Assembly: GCA_963729715.1 (NCBI GenBank)
Contig: CAVSPA010000003.1
Span: 318,957-382,956, forward strand
DNA from: an uncultured delta proteobacterium
GTDB lineage: Bacteria; Desulfobacterota; Syntrophia; Syntrophales; UBA2185
Direction: 5' to 3'
DNA length: 64,000 nt
Shown here: positions 1 through 9,510 of the stretch, in pieces
How positions within the stretch are numbered: position 1 is the first letter of the stretch
Layout of the letters: every line of letters starts with the position of its first letter
Position numbers and translations under genes: made by a program
Notes under the pieces: generated by a model
What the model was told of the DNA's origin: nothing
The model's input: the letters and a program-made list of their open reading frames with translations, nothing else
Database searches by the model: none

Positions 1-1286
1 TGCTCGGGCTCGTACACCGGATAGACTCCACTGGTGAACAGGAGTCGCTGACAGGAATCCTCCCGGGAACTTACCCCAACAATCCACACGGGGAGCTTGA
101 ACCGGGCTATGGACCGCGCCGTTGTGCCGCTGTGGGTCGGAACAAATACGGCTGCGGGGGTGATGCGCTCCAAAGCCGCTTCGACGCTCAAGGCGATCAG
201 ATCCGTGACACTGACCGGGCCAGTACGTTCATGAGTTGTGAGAGCCTCTTTGAGACCGTGGCGGGAACGGTATGGCTCTGTTGCTGCGGCAATCTTCGCC
301 AGCATGGTTACGGCATCCACGGGATATTTGCCCATGGCTGACTCTTCGGAAAGCATGACGCAGTCCGTGCCGTCAAGCACCGCATTGGCCACATCGGTAG
401 CCTCCGCTCGAGTGGGACGTCGGTTATCCGTCATAGACTCCAACATCTGCGTGGCCGTGATGACTGGTTTTCTCGCTCTGTTTGCACTGTGAATGAGGCG
501 CTTCTGAACAATGGCAATCTGCTCAATGGGTATTTCCACACCGAGGTCTCCTCGTGCGATCATGATGGCGTCCGCTGCTTCGATGATATCGTCCATGTGT
601 TCCAATGCTCTTGAGCGTTCAATTTTCGCAATTATGAAGGGGTTGTATCCCAACTCAGCCGCGTACTCCCGTACAGCAACAACATCCGCAGCACTTTCCA
701 CAAAGGACTGACTGATCGCATCCACTCCCTGTTCAAGAGCAAATGAAAGGCATTCGCGGTCGTAATCGGTGAAGGCGCTAATCCCGAGGTCGATGCCGGG
801 CAGGTTGAGTCCCTTGTGGGAGCGCAATTCTCCACCTACAAGGACCCGGCAGATGACCTCATTAGCCTCCACTTTTACTGCTTCAAGCTGTATAAGGCCG
901 TCATTCAGAAACAGGGTATCACCGGGATTAACCGATTCCGGGAGACGGTCAAAGCTAACCGACGCCCGTGTGGCATCTCCAACAATGTCCTGGGTCGTAA
1001 GGGTAAAAGAAGCCCTAGGCTGCAAATTAACCGGTTCATTTGCCAGATGGCCTATCCTTATCTTCGGGCCAGGCAGATCTGCCATGATGGCGATTCGTCG
1101 TCCCGCTGCAAGGGCCGAGGCGCGGAGGTTGTCGATAACCTGCTTATGACCGCCAAAATTGCCATGCGAGAAATTGAGCCGGGCCACATTCATACCGGCC
1201 TGTATCATCTCTGCCATGCATTCTCGCGATTCCGATGCCGGTCCAATGGTGGCCACAATTTTAGTCTTCTGTTCCGGAAGCTTCAT
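1..1286 (-). CDS. pyk: Pyruvate kinase (3' end outside window)
   Basis: Manual minus-strand translation: MKLPEQKTKIVATIGPASES, MNVARLNFSHG, IMIARGDLGVE, ITATQMLESM, PTRAEATDVANA, VMLSEESAMG. GGAGGT RBS upstream. Absent from ORF track because it runs off the window. Confidence 0.95.
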   Translation of the reverse strand, partial: MKLPEQKTKIVATIGPASESRECMAEMIQAGMNVARLNFSHGNFGGHKQVIDNLRASALAAGRRIAIMADLPGPKIRIGHLANEPVNLQPRASFTLTTQDIVGDATRASVSFDRLPESVNPGDTLFLNDGLIQLEAVKVEANEVICRVLVGGELRSHKGLNLPGIDLGISAFTDYDRECLSFALEQGVDAISQSFVESAADVVAVREYAAELGYNPFIIAKIERSRALEHMDDIIEAADAIMIARGDLGVEIPIEQIAIVQKRLIHSANRARKPVITATQMLESMTDNRRPTRAEATDVANAVLDGTDCVMLSEESAMGKYPVDAVTMLAKIAAATEPYRSRHGLKEALTTHERTGPVSVTDLIALSVEAALERITPAAVFVPTHSGTTARSIARFKLPVWIVGVSSREDSCQRLLFTSGVYPVYEPE

Positions 1287-1337
1287 AATAAGCCTGCACC
1301 TCCCCGGACACGATCTGCCCGTTAATTCAATGAGACT

Positions 1338-1373
1338 TGGCCTTTTTCAGGGCAACGCCCAAGAAAAAGGCCA
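1338..1373. other. Long hairpin in the pyk leader
   Basis: TGGCCTTTTTC(1338-1348)/GAAAAAGGCCA(1363-1373) plus inner GGGC/GCCC. Confidence 0.6.
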
Positions 1374-1422
1374 TGGGCGCATTGACCTCGTAAGATAGAT
1401 CACCTTACCTCTTTACTGCAAA

Positions 1423-1450
1423 ATTATATCTTTTTTTCTTTAAGAGTCAA
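1423..1450 (-). promoter_or_regulatory. Sigma70-type promoter for pyk
   Basis: Minus strand TTGACT-N16-TATAAT pointing at pyk. Confidence 0.65.
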
Positions 1451-1639
1451 AACATCTTGGACGTAATATATAAACAGATATGCTGTTTTAGTTGACAAGG
1501 AATGCCATTTGAAAGGGCGGATGTCCATCAAAATTGAACGATGCTCGACTTCAGCTTACTATAAGGAAGAGAAGTGAGGACATGGTATTCTCGATCTGTT
1601 AAAGTTGAATATCCCAAACAAAAATAACAGAAAGGAGAA

Positions 1640-2929
1640 GTGACCATGTCCGAAAGAGATTATAACAGGCAGGCAGCAAGGCGTCAAAGGATCAGTAAGA
1701 CAACACTGATAGTCGGGGTGGATGTCGGCAAAGCATTCAATGCAGTGGGATTTATGAATAAGGACGGCAACGTATTGGGCAGCTGTGCGAAGCTGTATAA
1801 CAACCGGGAAGGGTTTGAGCAGTTTGTAAAGATGATCGAAGGGTTTAAGGCAAGACATCGTCTCAGAGACGTCCTCATCGGGATGGAGCCAACGGGGCAT
1901 TACTGGAGGAAGCTTGCCTATTTTGCGAAAGAGCATGGCTATGAGGTACGCTTTGTGCGTACCACGGCGCTGAAGCATCACCGGGAGCTGGATGAGAGCT
2001 CCTCTGCCAAGAGCGACCGGAGAGATGCATTAACCATAGCGAACATTACCCGCGAGGGTAAATATATTGACACAGTCATCGAGGATGGAGTGCTGAGACA
2101 GCTGCGGACATTATCAAAGGCACGGGAGCGACTCCTCCGGTACAGTGTGAGTGCAAAGAACTCCCTGCATGCGGCCCTGGATGACTATTTTCCCGAACTG
2201 CATGAGATATTCCGGTCAATGGGGGCGCGGAGCTTGTGGGTGATTCTTGAGAAGTGTCCTTTCCCTGAGGACGTTGTGTTGATGGAGACGTCGATTCTTC
2301 AGGAATTGATTGCACGGAGTTCACGAAAGAAAGCGGGATCTGCCGGGAAGGCAAAAGCGCTCTGCGAGGCAGCTCAAAAGAGTATTGGAGTAAAGCAGAT
2401 CGGCACTGCTGACCGGTACCGGGTATGGATGTGCCTGGAAGAAGTGAAGCGGACGGTCCTGACGCTCAAGGATATGGATCGACAGCTGAAAAGCATGGTG
2501 AAGGACATTCCATCAACGCCCTATCTTATGAGCATCCCGGGCATAGGTTACCTGTCTGCAGCTGTATTTCTGGGAGAACTGGGAAACCCTGCGCATTTTC
2601 ATAATGCCCGCCAGATTGTGAAGTACGCCGGGTACGATCCCCAGGAGAGTGATTCGGGATCCCGGGTAGGCCGGAAGTTCATTTCCAAGAAGGGGCGGTG
2701 GCTCTTACGGAAGTATCTCTTCTTTATGAGTATGAGAGTGATAGTTTTGAGTAAATATTTTCAGGAGTATTATCACCGCAAATTAGAGACAAAGAACAGA
2801 GTGGGTCAGCAGCCCAGAAGGAAGGAGATTCTCTGCGCAGTGGCTATCAAGCTGATCAAAGTGATCTTTGCGCTGTTACGGGACAAACGGGGATTTGAAG
2901 ATATGGCGCCTGCTGTAGCAATTGCATAA
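1640..2929 (+). CDS. IS110-family transposase A (ATG at 1646 is an alternative start)
   Basis: GVDVGK, GMEPTG, KSDRRDA (DEDD RuvC-like domain); SIPGIG and YAGYDPQESDSG (Tnp domain with catalytic Ser motif). Confidence 0.95.
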   Translation: MTMSERDYNRQAARRQRISKTTLIVGVDVGKAFNAVGFMNKDGNVLGSCAKLYNNREGFEQFVKMIEGFKARHRLRDVLIGMEPTGHYWRKLAYFAKEHGYEVRFVRTTALKHHRELDESSSAKSDRRDALTIANITREGKYIDTVIEDGVLRQLRTLSKARERLLRYSVSAKNSLHAALDDYFPELHEIFRSMGARSLWVILEKCPFPEDVVLMETSILQELIARSSRKKAGSAGKAKALCEAAQKSIGVKQIGTADRYRVWMCLEEVKRTVLTLKDMDRQLKSMVKDIPSTPYLMSIPGIGYLSAAVFLGELGNPAHFHNARQIVKYAGYDPQESDSGSRVGRKFISKKGRWLLRKYLFFMSMRVIVLSKYFQEYYHRKLETKNRVGQQPRRKEILCAVAIKLIKVIFALLRDKRGFEDMAPAVAIA

Positions 2930-2936
2930 AACAAAA

Positions 2937-3118
2937 AAGTGGTTGTGGTGGAAGGAAGGACCGAATACCTTCGTAGGTCATAGGGCTTGCCTGATTCAGC
3001 TTGGTCAACTTCCACCACCCTTTTCGTCCTGCATAAGGTAAGTTGGGCAGAAGGCCCGTAGAATAAAAGAGGTTAGGTGAAAAGGAATAAAAAGGTTGAA
3101 GTACCACCACAACCATTT
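2937..3118 (+). ncRNA. Candidate bridge/seek-type RNA in the 3' end of IS110-A
   Basis: TGGTTGTGGTGG(2940-2951) pairs perfectly with CCACCACAACCA(3104-3115), closing ~180 nt directly after the transposase stop. Confidence 0.55.
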
Positions 3119-3250
3119 ACAGCTTTAACAGTGTGTCACAAGAAAATACTTGACTCTCTTCTCTAGAAGCAATTGACCCCGGTGCTACGCAACGGTGTTA
3201 TTCATGGAAGAAACTGGCTTTATTAAATACAATTTTATAAAGTAGGCAGC

Positions 3251-3424
3251 GGGTGCGCCCCGGCAGTCAATATCGACTCCTCACTGGTGTTTTCATACCC
3301 GTCTAGAAGCATGGTACCGAGTTTTCTTTGGTTATTACATTGGTGACAAATCATGTCTTTTCGGCATGTCAGATCCCGTTCAGGAGATTAACCGTTTTTT
3401 ACCGACTCGGGCCGGGGCATGCCC
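3251..3424 (+). ncRNA. Candidate bridge RNA in IS110-B left end (also at +1846, +4252, +59120)
   Basis: Closing stem GGGTGCGCCCCGGC/GCCGGGGCATGCCC; internal TCTAG (target-like, 3302-3306) and TCAGGAGA (donor-junction-like, 3380-3387). Confidence 0.65.
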
Positions 3425-3449
3425 CAAAAACCAATCAGGGGGCAAGTTT

Positions 3450-4850
3450 ATGGGGAACAGTCTTAAAAGGCAACAAAAGAAGTTATCCGTCCAATCTAAG
3501 GATTCCGGTATGCTATCCAAGCTTAATTTAAATGCCGCCGGCATAGATATCGGTGCAGAGGAGCATTATGTCGCCGTCCCCGAAGATCGTGATAAGCGTC
3601 CCGTGCGTCCCTTCCGTTGTTTTACATCCGATCTTCATGCGATGGCCCAGTGGCTGAAAGAGTGCCGAATCGATAGTGTTGCCATGGAGTCAACGGGTGT
3701 TTATTGGATCCCGGTGTTTCAAATTCTTGAGACTTACGGGTTTGAGGTCAAACTGGTTAATGCCCGGCATGTGAAGAATGTTCCCGGCCGTAAATCGGAT
3801 GTTCAGGATTGCCAATGGCTGCAAAATCTCCATGCCTACGGTCTTTTAAGCGGTTCGTTTCGACCGGAAGACCAGATTTGTGTTATGAGGAGTTATTGGC
3901 GCCATCGTGACAATCTTCTTCGTTATGCATCCTCTCATATCCTGCATATGCAGAAGGCGCTTACGGAGATGAATATCCAGTTGCACAAAGTCATCTCGGA
4001 CATTACCGGTGTTACCGGCATGCGTATTGTTCGTGCCATCATTGCCGGTGAACGTGACCCCCTTGTTTTGGCCGACATGAGAGATCGCCGTATTATGTGC
4101 AGTGTCCAGGACATCGTCAAATCTCTGGAAGGGGACTATCGTGAAGAACATATGTTTGCTTTAAAGCAGGCCGTTGAACTTTATGATTTTTATCACCAGA
4201 AGATTGAAGCCTGCGACCGGCAGATAGAGAATTGTTTGGCCCAATTCGACTCCAAATTAGACATAAACACTAACCCGGTGCCTCCTTCAAAAAAGGCAAA
4301 CAGAAAGCGAAGACGCAACGAGCCTAAAATCGATTTGCATACTCACTTATACCGGATAACCGGCGCCGATTTAACCCGGATTGACGGGTTGGATGTAATG
4401 ACTGTCCAGACGGTCATTAGCGAGGTTGGCCTTAATCCTGGATCTTTCCCTACGGAGAAGCATTTTGCATCCTGGCTGGGATTATGCCCGGATAATCGCA
4501 TTACCGGCGGAAAAGTAAAATCCAGTAAAACCCGTAAAGTGGTAAATCGAGCCGCTGAAGCCTTTCGTATGGCCGCTGAATCTTTGCACAGCAGCGCAAG
4601 TGCCTTAGGCGCATATTACCGCCGTATGCGTGCGAGGCTTGGGGCACCCAAAGCGATTACCGCGACAGCCCATAAGCTTGCCCGCATATTCTATCGTCTT
4701 TGGAAAAACGGAGAAGCCTATCTGGACCCCGGAGTAGACTATTATGAACAAAAATACAAAGAACGAGTAATTAAAAATATTAAAACTAAAGCCAAACAAT
4801 TAGGTTATGCCATTACTTTGGAACCTCTCGCTAGCAATGTACGTTCTTAG
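3450..4850 (+). CDS. IS110-family transposase B
   Basis: GIDIG, AMESTG, KSDVQD, IDGLD, FASWLGLCP motifs; start placed at 3450 (AGGGGG RBS) rather than 3366. Confidence 0.95.
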   Translation: MGNSLKRQQKKLSVQSKDSGMLSKLNLNAAGIDIGAEEHYVAVPEDRDKRPVRPFRCFTSDLHAMAQWLKECRIDSVAMESTGVYWIPVFQILETYGFEVKLVNARHVKNVPGRKSDVQDCQWLQNLHAYGLLSGSFRPEDQICVMRSYWRHRDNLLRYASSHILHMQKALTEMNIQLHKVISDITGVTGMRIVRAIIAGERDPLVLADMRDRRIMCSVQDIVKSLEGDYREEHMFALKQAVELYDFYHQKIEACDRQIENCLAQFDSKLDINTNPVPPSKKANRKRRRNEPKIDLHTHLYRITGADLTRIDGLDVMTVQTVISEVGLNPGSFPTEKHFASWLGLCPDNRITGGKVKSSKTRKVVNRAAEAFRMAAESLHSSASALGAYYRRMRARLGAPKAITATAHKLARIFYRLWKNGEAYLDPGVDYYEQKYKERVIKNIKTKAKQLGYAITLEPLASNVRS

Positions 4851-4883
4851 GAAACCCTTATTGGACGTGAAGTTTCTCAGGAG

Positions 4884-5010
4884 GTAAGTTGGGCAGAAGG
4901 CCCGTAGAATAAAAGAGGTTAGGTGAAAAGGAATAAAAAGGTTGAAGTACCACCACAACCATTTACAGCTTTAACAGTGTGTCACAAGAAAATACTTGAC
5001 TCTCTTCTCT
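4884..5010 (+). repeat. 127-bp duplicate of 3038-3164 (left flank of IS110-B)
   Basis: Identical at offset 1846. Confidence 0.92.
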
Positions 5011-6729
5011 AGAAGCAATTGACCCCGGTGCTACGCAACGGTGTTATTCATGGAAGAAACTGGCTTTATTAAATACAATTTTATAAAGTAGGCAGCGGGT
5101 GCGCCCCGGCAGTCAATATCGACTCCTCACTGGTGTTTTCATACCCGTCTAGAAGCATGGTACCGAGTTTTCTTTGGTTATTACATTGGTGACAAATCAT
5201 GTCTTTTCGGCATGTCAGATCCCGTTCAGGAGATTAACCGTTTTTTACCGACTCGGGCCGGGGCATGCCCCAAAAACCAATCAGGGGGCAAGTTTATGGG
5301 GAACAGTCTTAAAAGGCAACAAAAGAAGTTATCCGTCCAATCTAAGGATTCCGGTATGCTATCCAAGCTTAATTTAAATGCCGCCGGCATAGATATCGGT
5401 GCAGAGGAGCATTATGTCGCCGTCCCCGAAGATCGTGATAAGCGTCCCGTGCGTCCCTTCCGTTGTTTTACATCCGATCTTCATGCGATGGCCCAGTGGC
5501 TGAAAGAGTGCCGAATCGATAGTGTTGCCATGGAGTCAACGGGTGTTTATTGGATCCCGGTGTTTCAAATTCTTGAGACTTACGGGTTTGAGGTCAAACT
5601 GGTTAATGCCCGGCATGTGAAGAATGTTCCCGGCCGTAAATCGGATGTTCAGGATTGCCAATGGCTGCAAAATCTCCATGCCTACGGTCTTTTAAGCGGT
5701 TCGTTTCGACCGGAAGACCAGATTTGTGTTATGAGGAGTTATTGGCGCCATCGTGACAATCTTCTTCGTTATGCATCCTCTCATATCCTGCATATGCAGA
5801 AGGCGCTTACGGAGATGAATATCCAGTTGCACAAAGTCATCTCGGACATTACCGGTGTTACCGGCATGCGTATTGTTCGTGCCATCATTGCCGGTGAACG
5901 TGACCCCCTTGTTTTGGCCGACATGAGAGATCGCCGTATTATGTGCAGTGTCCAGGACATCGTCAAATCTCTGGAAGGGGACTATCGTGAAGAACATATG
6001 TTTGCTTTAAAGCAGGCCGTTGAACTTTATGATTTTTATCACCAGAAGATTGAAGCCTGCGACCGGCAGATAGAGAATTGTTTGGCCCAATTCGACTCCA
6101 AATTAGACATAAACACTAACCCGGTGCCTCCTTCAAAAAAGGCAAACAGAAAGCGAAGACGCAACGAGCCTAAAATCGATTTGCATACTCACTTATACCG
6201 GATAACCGGCGCCGATTTAACCCGGATTGACGGGTTGGATGTAATGACTGTCCAGACGGTCATTAGCGAGGTTGGCCTTAATCCTGGATCTTTCCCTACG
6301 GAGAAGCATTTTGCATCCTGGCTGGGATTATGCCCGGATAATCGCATTACCGGCGGAAAAGTAAAATCCAGTAAAACCCGTAAAGTGGTAAATCGAGCCG
6401 CTGAAGCCTTTCGTATGGCCGCTGAATCTTTGCACAGCAGCGCAAGTGCCTTAGGCGCATATTACCGCCGTATGCGTGCGAGGCTTGGGGCACCCAAAGC
6501 GATTACCGCGACAGCCCATAAGCTTGCCCGCATATTCTATCGTCTTTGGAAAAACGGAGAAGCCTATCTGGACCCCGGAGTAGACTATTATGAACAAAAA
6601 TACAAAGAACGAGTAATTAAAAATATTAAAACTAAAGCCAAACAATTAGGTTATGCCATTACTTTGGAACCTCTCGCTAGCAATGTACGTTCTTAGGAAA
6701 CCCTTATTGGACGTGAAGTTTCTCAGGAG
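5011..6729 (+). mobile_element. IS110-B copy 2
   Basis: Same sequence and identical ORF as copy 1, offset 1846. Confidence 0.93.
5296..6696 (+). CDS. IS110-family transposase B
   Basis: Identical protein to copy 1. Confidence 0.95.
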   Translation: MGNSLKRQQKKLSVQSKDSGMLSKLNLNAAGIDIGAEEHYVAVPEDRDKRPVRPFRCFTSDLHAMAQWLKECRIDSVAMESTGVYWIPVFQILETYGFEVKLVNARHVKNVPGRKSDVQDCQWLQNLHAYGLLSGSFRPEDQICVMRSYWRHRDNLLRYASSHILHMQKALTEMNIQLHKVISDITGVTGMRIVRAIIAGERDPLVLADMRDRRIMCSVQDIVKSLEGDYREEHMFALKQAVELYDFYHQKIEACDRQIENCLAQFDSKLDINTNPVPPSKKANRKRRRNEPKIDLHTHLYRITGADLTRIDGLDVMTVQTVISEVGLNPGSFPTEKHFASWLGLCPDNRITGGKVKSSKTRKVVNRAAEAFRMAAESLHSSASALGAYYRRMRARLGAPKAITATAHKLARIFYRLWKNGEAYLDPGVDYYEQKYKERVIKNIKTKAKQLGYAITLEPLASNVRS

Positions 6730-7317
6730 GCAAACAGAAAGCGAAGACGCAACGAGCCTAAAATCGATTTGCATACTCACTTATACCGGATAACCGGCGC
6801 CGATTTAACCCGGATTGACGGGTTGGATGTAATGACTGTCCAGACGGTCATTAGCGAGGTTGGCCTTAATCCTGGATCTTTCCCTACGGAGAAGCATTTT
6901 GCATCCTGGCTGGGATTATGCCCGGATAATCGCATTACCGGCGGAAAAGTAAAATCCAGTAAAACCCGTAAAGTGGTAAATCGAGCCGCTGAAGCCTTTC
7001 GTATGGCCGCTGAATCTTTGCACAGCAGCGCAAGTGCCTTAGGCGCATATTACCGCCGTATGCGTGCGAGGCTTGGGGCACCCAAAGCGATTACCGCGAC
7101 AGCCCATAAGCTTGCCCGCATATTCTATCGTCTTTGGAAAAACGGAGAAGCCTATCTGGACCCCGGAGTAGACTATTATGAACAAAAATACAAAGAACGA
7201 GTAATTAAAAATATTAAAACTAAAGCCAAACAATTAGGTTATGCCATTACTTTGGAACCTCTCGCTAGCAATGTACGTTCTTAGGAAACCCTTATTGGAC
7301 GTGAAGTTTCTCAGGAG
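6730..7317 (+). pseudogene. 588-bp partial IS110-B (3' third of transposase plus right end)
   Basis: Tandem duplicate of 6142-6729; encodes only the C-terminal 171 aa. Confidence 0.92.
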
Positions 7318-7318
7318 G

Positions 7319-7416
7319 AAGAGGTTAGGTGAAAAGGAATAAAAAGGTTGAAGTACCACCACAACCATTTACAGCTTTAACAGTGTGTCACAAGAAAATA
7401 CTTGACTCTCTTCTCT
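7319..7416 (+). repeat. 98-bp duplicate of 3067-3164
   Basis: Identical at offset 4252. Confidence 0.9.
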
Positions 7417-9135
7417 AGAAGCAATTGACCCCGGTGCTACGCAACGGTGTTATTCATGGAAGAAACTGGCTTTATTAAATACAATTTTATAAAGTAGGCA
7501 GCGGGTGCGCCCCGGCAGTCAATATCGACTCCTCACTGGTGTTTTCATACCCGTCTAGAAGCATGGTACCGAGTTTTCTTTGGTTATTACATTGGTGACA
7601 AATCATGTCTTTTCGGCATGTCAGATCCCGTTCAGGAGATTAACCGTTTTTTACCGACTCGGGCCGGGGCATGCCCCAAAAACCAATCAGGGGGCAAGTT
7701 TATGGGGAACAGTCTTAAAAGGCAACAAAAGAAGTTATCCGTCCAATCTAAGGATTCCGGTATGCTATCCAAGCTTAATTTAAATGCCGCCGGCATAGAT
7801 ATCGGTGCAGAGGAGCATTATGTCGCCGTCCCCGAAGATCGTGATAAGCGTCCCGTGCGTCCCTTCCGTTGTTTTACATCCGATCTTCATGCGATGGCCC
7901 AGTGGCTGAAAGAGTGCCGAATCGATAGTGTTGCCATGGAGTCAACGGGTGTTTATTGGATCCCGGTGTTTCAAATTCTTGAGACTTACGGGTTTGAGGT
8001 CAAACTGGTTAATGCCCGGCATGTGAAGAATGTTCCCGGCCGTAAATCGGATGTTCAGGATTGCCAATGGCTGCAAAATCTCCATGCCTACGGTCTTTTA
8101 AGCGGTTCGTTTCGACCGGAAGACCAGATTTGTGTTATGAGGAGTTATTGGCGCCATCGTGACAATCTTCTTCGTTATGCATCCTCTCATATCCTGCATA
8201 TGCAGAAGGCGCTTACGGAGATGAATATCCAGTTGCACAAAGTCATCTCGGACATTACCGGTGTTACCGGCATGCGTATTGTTCGTGCCATCATTGCCGG
8301 TGAACGTGACCCCCTTGTTTTGGCCGACATGAGAGATCGCCGTATTATGTGCAGTGTCCAGGACATCGTCAAATCTCTGGAAGGGGACTATCGTGAAGAA
8401 CATATGTTTGCTTTAAAGCAGGCCGTTGAACTTTATGATTTTTATCACCAGAAGATTGAAGCCTGCGACCGGCAGATAGAGAATTGTTTGGCCCAATTCG
8501 ACTCCAAATTAGACATAAACACTAACCCGGTGCCTCCTTCAAAAAAGGCAAACAGAAAGCGAAGACGCAACGAGCCTAAAATCGATTTGCATACTCACTT
8601 ATACCGGATAACCGGCGCCGATTTAACCCGGATTGACGGGTTGGATGTAATGACTGTCCAGACGGTCATTAGCGAGGTTGGCCTTAATCCTGGATCTTTC
8701 CCTACGGAGAAGCATTTTGCATCCTGGCTGGGATTATGCCCGGATAATCGCATTACCGGCGGAAAAGTAAAATCCAGTAAAACCCGTAAAGTGGTAAATC
8801 GAGCCGCTGAAGCCTTTCGTATGGCCGCTGAATCTTTGCACAGCAGCGCAAGTGCCTTAGGCGCATATTACCGCCGTATGCGTGCGAGGCTTGGGGCACC
8901 CAAAGCGATTACCGCGACAGCCCATAAGCTTGCCCGCATATTCTATCGTCTTTGGAAAAACGGAGAAGCCTATCTGGACCCCGGAGTAGACTATTATGAA
9001 CAAAAATACAAAGAACGAGTAATTAAAAATATTAAAACTAAAGCCAAACAATTAGGTTATGCCATTACTTTGGAACCTCTCGCTAGCAATGTACGTTCTT
9101 AGGAAACCCTTATTGGACGTGAAGTTTCTCAGGAG
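7417..9135 (+). mobile_element. IS110-B copy 3
   Basis: Same sequence as copy 1, offset 4252; followed by unique DNA from 9136. Confidence 0.93.
7702..9102 (+). CDS. IS110-family transposase B
   Basis: Identical protein to copy 1. Confidence 0.95.
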   Translation: MGNSLKRQQKKLSVQSKDSGMLSKLNLNAAGIDIGAEEHYVAVPEDRDKRPVRPFRCFTSDLHAMAQWLKECRIDSVAMESTGVYWIPVFQILETYGFEVKLVNARHVKNVPGRKSDVQDCQWLQNLHAYGLLSGSFRPEDQICVMRSYWRHRDNLLRYASSHILHMQKALTEMNIQLHKVISDITGVTGMRIVRAIIAGERDPLVLADMRDRRIMCSVQDIVKSLEGDYREEHMFALKQAVELYDFYHQKIEACDRQIENCLAQFDSKLDINTNPVPPSKKANRKRRRNEPKIDLHTHLYRITGADLTRIDGLDVMTVQTVISEVGLNPGSFPTEKHFASWLGLCPDNRITGGKVKSSKTRKVVNRAAEAFRMAAESLHSSASALGAYYRRMRARLGAPKAITATAHKLARIFYRLWKNGEAYLDPGVDYYEQKYKERVIKNIKTKAKQLGYAITLEPLASNVRS

Positions 9136-9510
9136 AGGAAGGTAGTCTCACCCACCACATCTATCATAACTGAAGTTGTTCCTAGAAGGATTACAACCCG
9201 TTATCAATATCGATGCGGAAGATCGTACACCTCATCTCTGTACGAATGGGTGTAAACACTATAATGGTCTCACTGATGTCAATGATGGGAAGTTCAAGGA
9301 ATTCTGTTGGGAAGATGGATGCAAAAAAATTTACGAAGGTCATTATTGTAGATTGCATGATAGTAATAAACCCATATTCTAGTCAGGATCTCTGTTCAGT
9401 TCATACGGGGTCGGAAGACCAGTAACTTTTGAGGGAGGGGGAAATTTGGTCTGTATTTGAAGACCAGCATGCTTTATAGTGTATTAAACTACTAATAGGA
9501 GGAACAAAAT

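Larger units (their letters stand above)
1552..3125 (+). mobile_element. IS110-family element A (ends tentative)
   Basis: DEDD transposase with structured 3' non-coding end; CAGCTT direct repeat at 1552-1557 and 3120-3125 may mark the ends. Confidence 0.7.
3165..4883 (+). mobile_element. IS110-family element B, copy 1 (1719 bp incl. both AG cores)
   Basis: Ends defined by comparing copies: AG|AAGCAATTG ... TTTCTCAGG|AG; no terminal IR and no TSD beyond AG. Confidence 0.93.

Noticed and set aside
1443..3157. AGAGTCAA/TTGACTCT as subterminal inverted repeats of IS110-A
   Set aside because: Only 8 bp, and both arms are explained as outward TTGACT -35 boxes. Not fully excluded.
3366..3449. 28-aa N-terminal extension of transposase B in the ORF track
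   Set aside because: No RBS at 3366 and it overlaps the structured RNA; the ATG at 3450 has an AGGGGG RBS.
3038..9135. CRISPR-like or integron-like array
   Set aside because: The units are kb-scale IS copies; there are no short repeats with unique spacers, no attC sites and no cas or integrase genes.
9176..9382. 68-aa Cys/His-containing ORF
   Set aside because: TTG start without an RBS and no recognisable family; cannot be supported.
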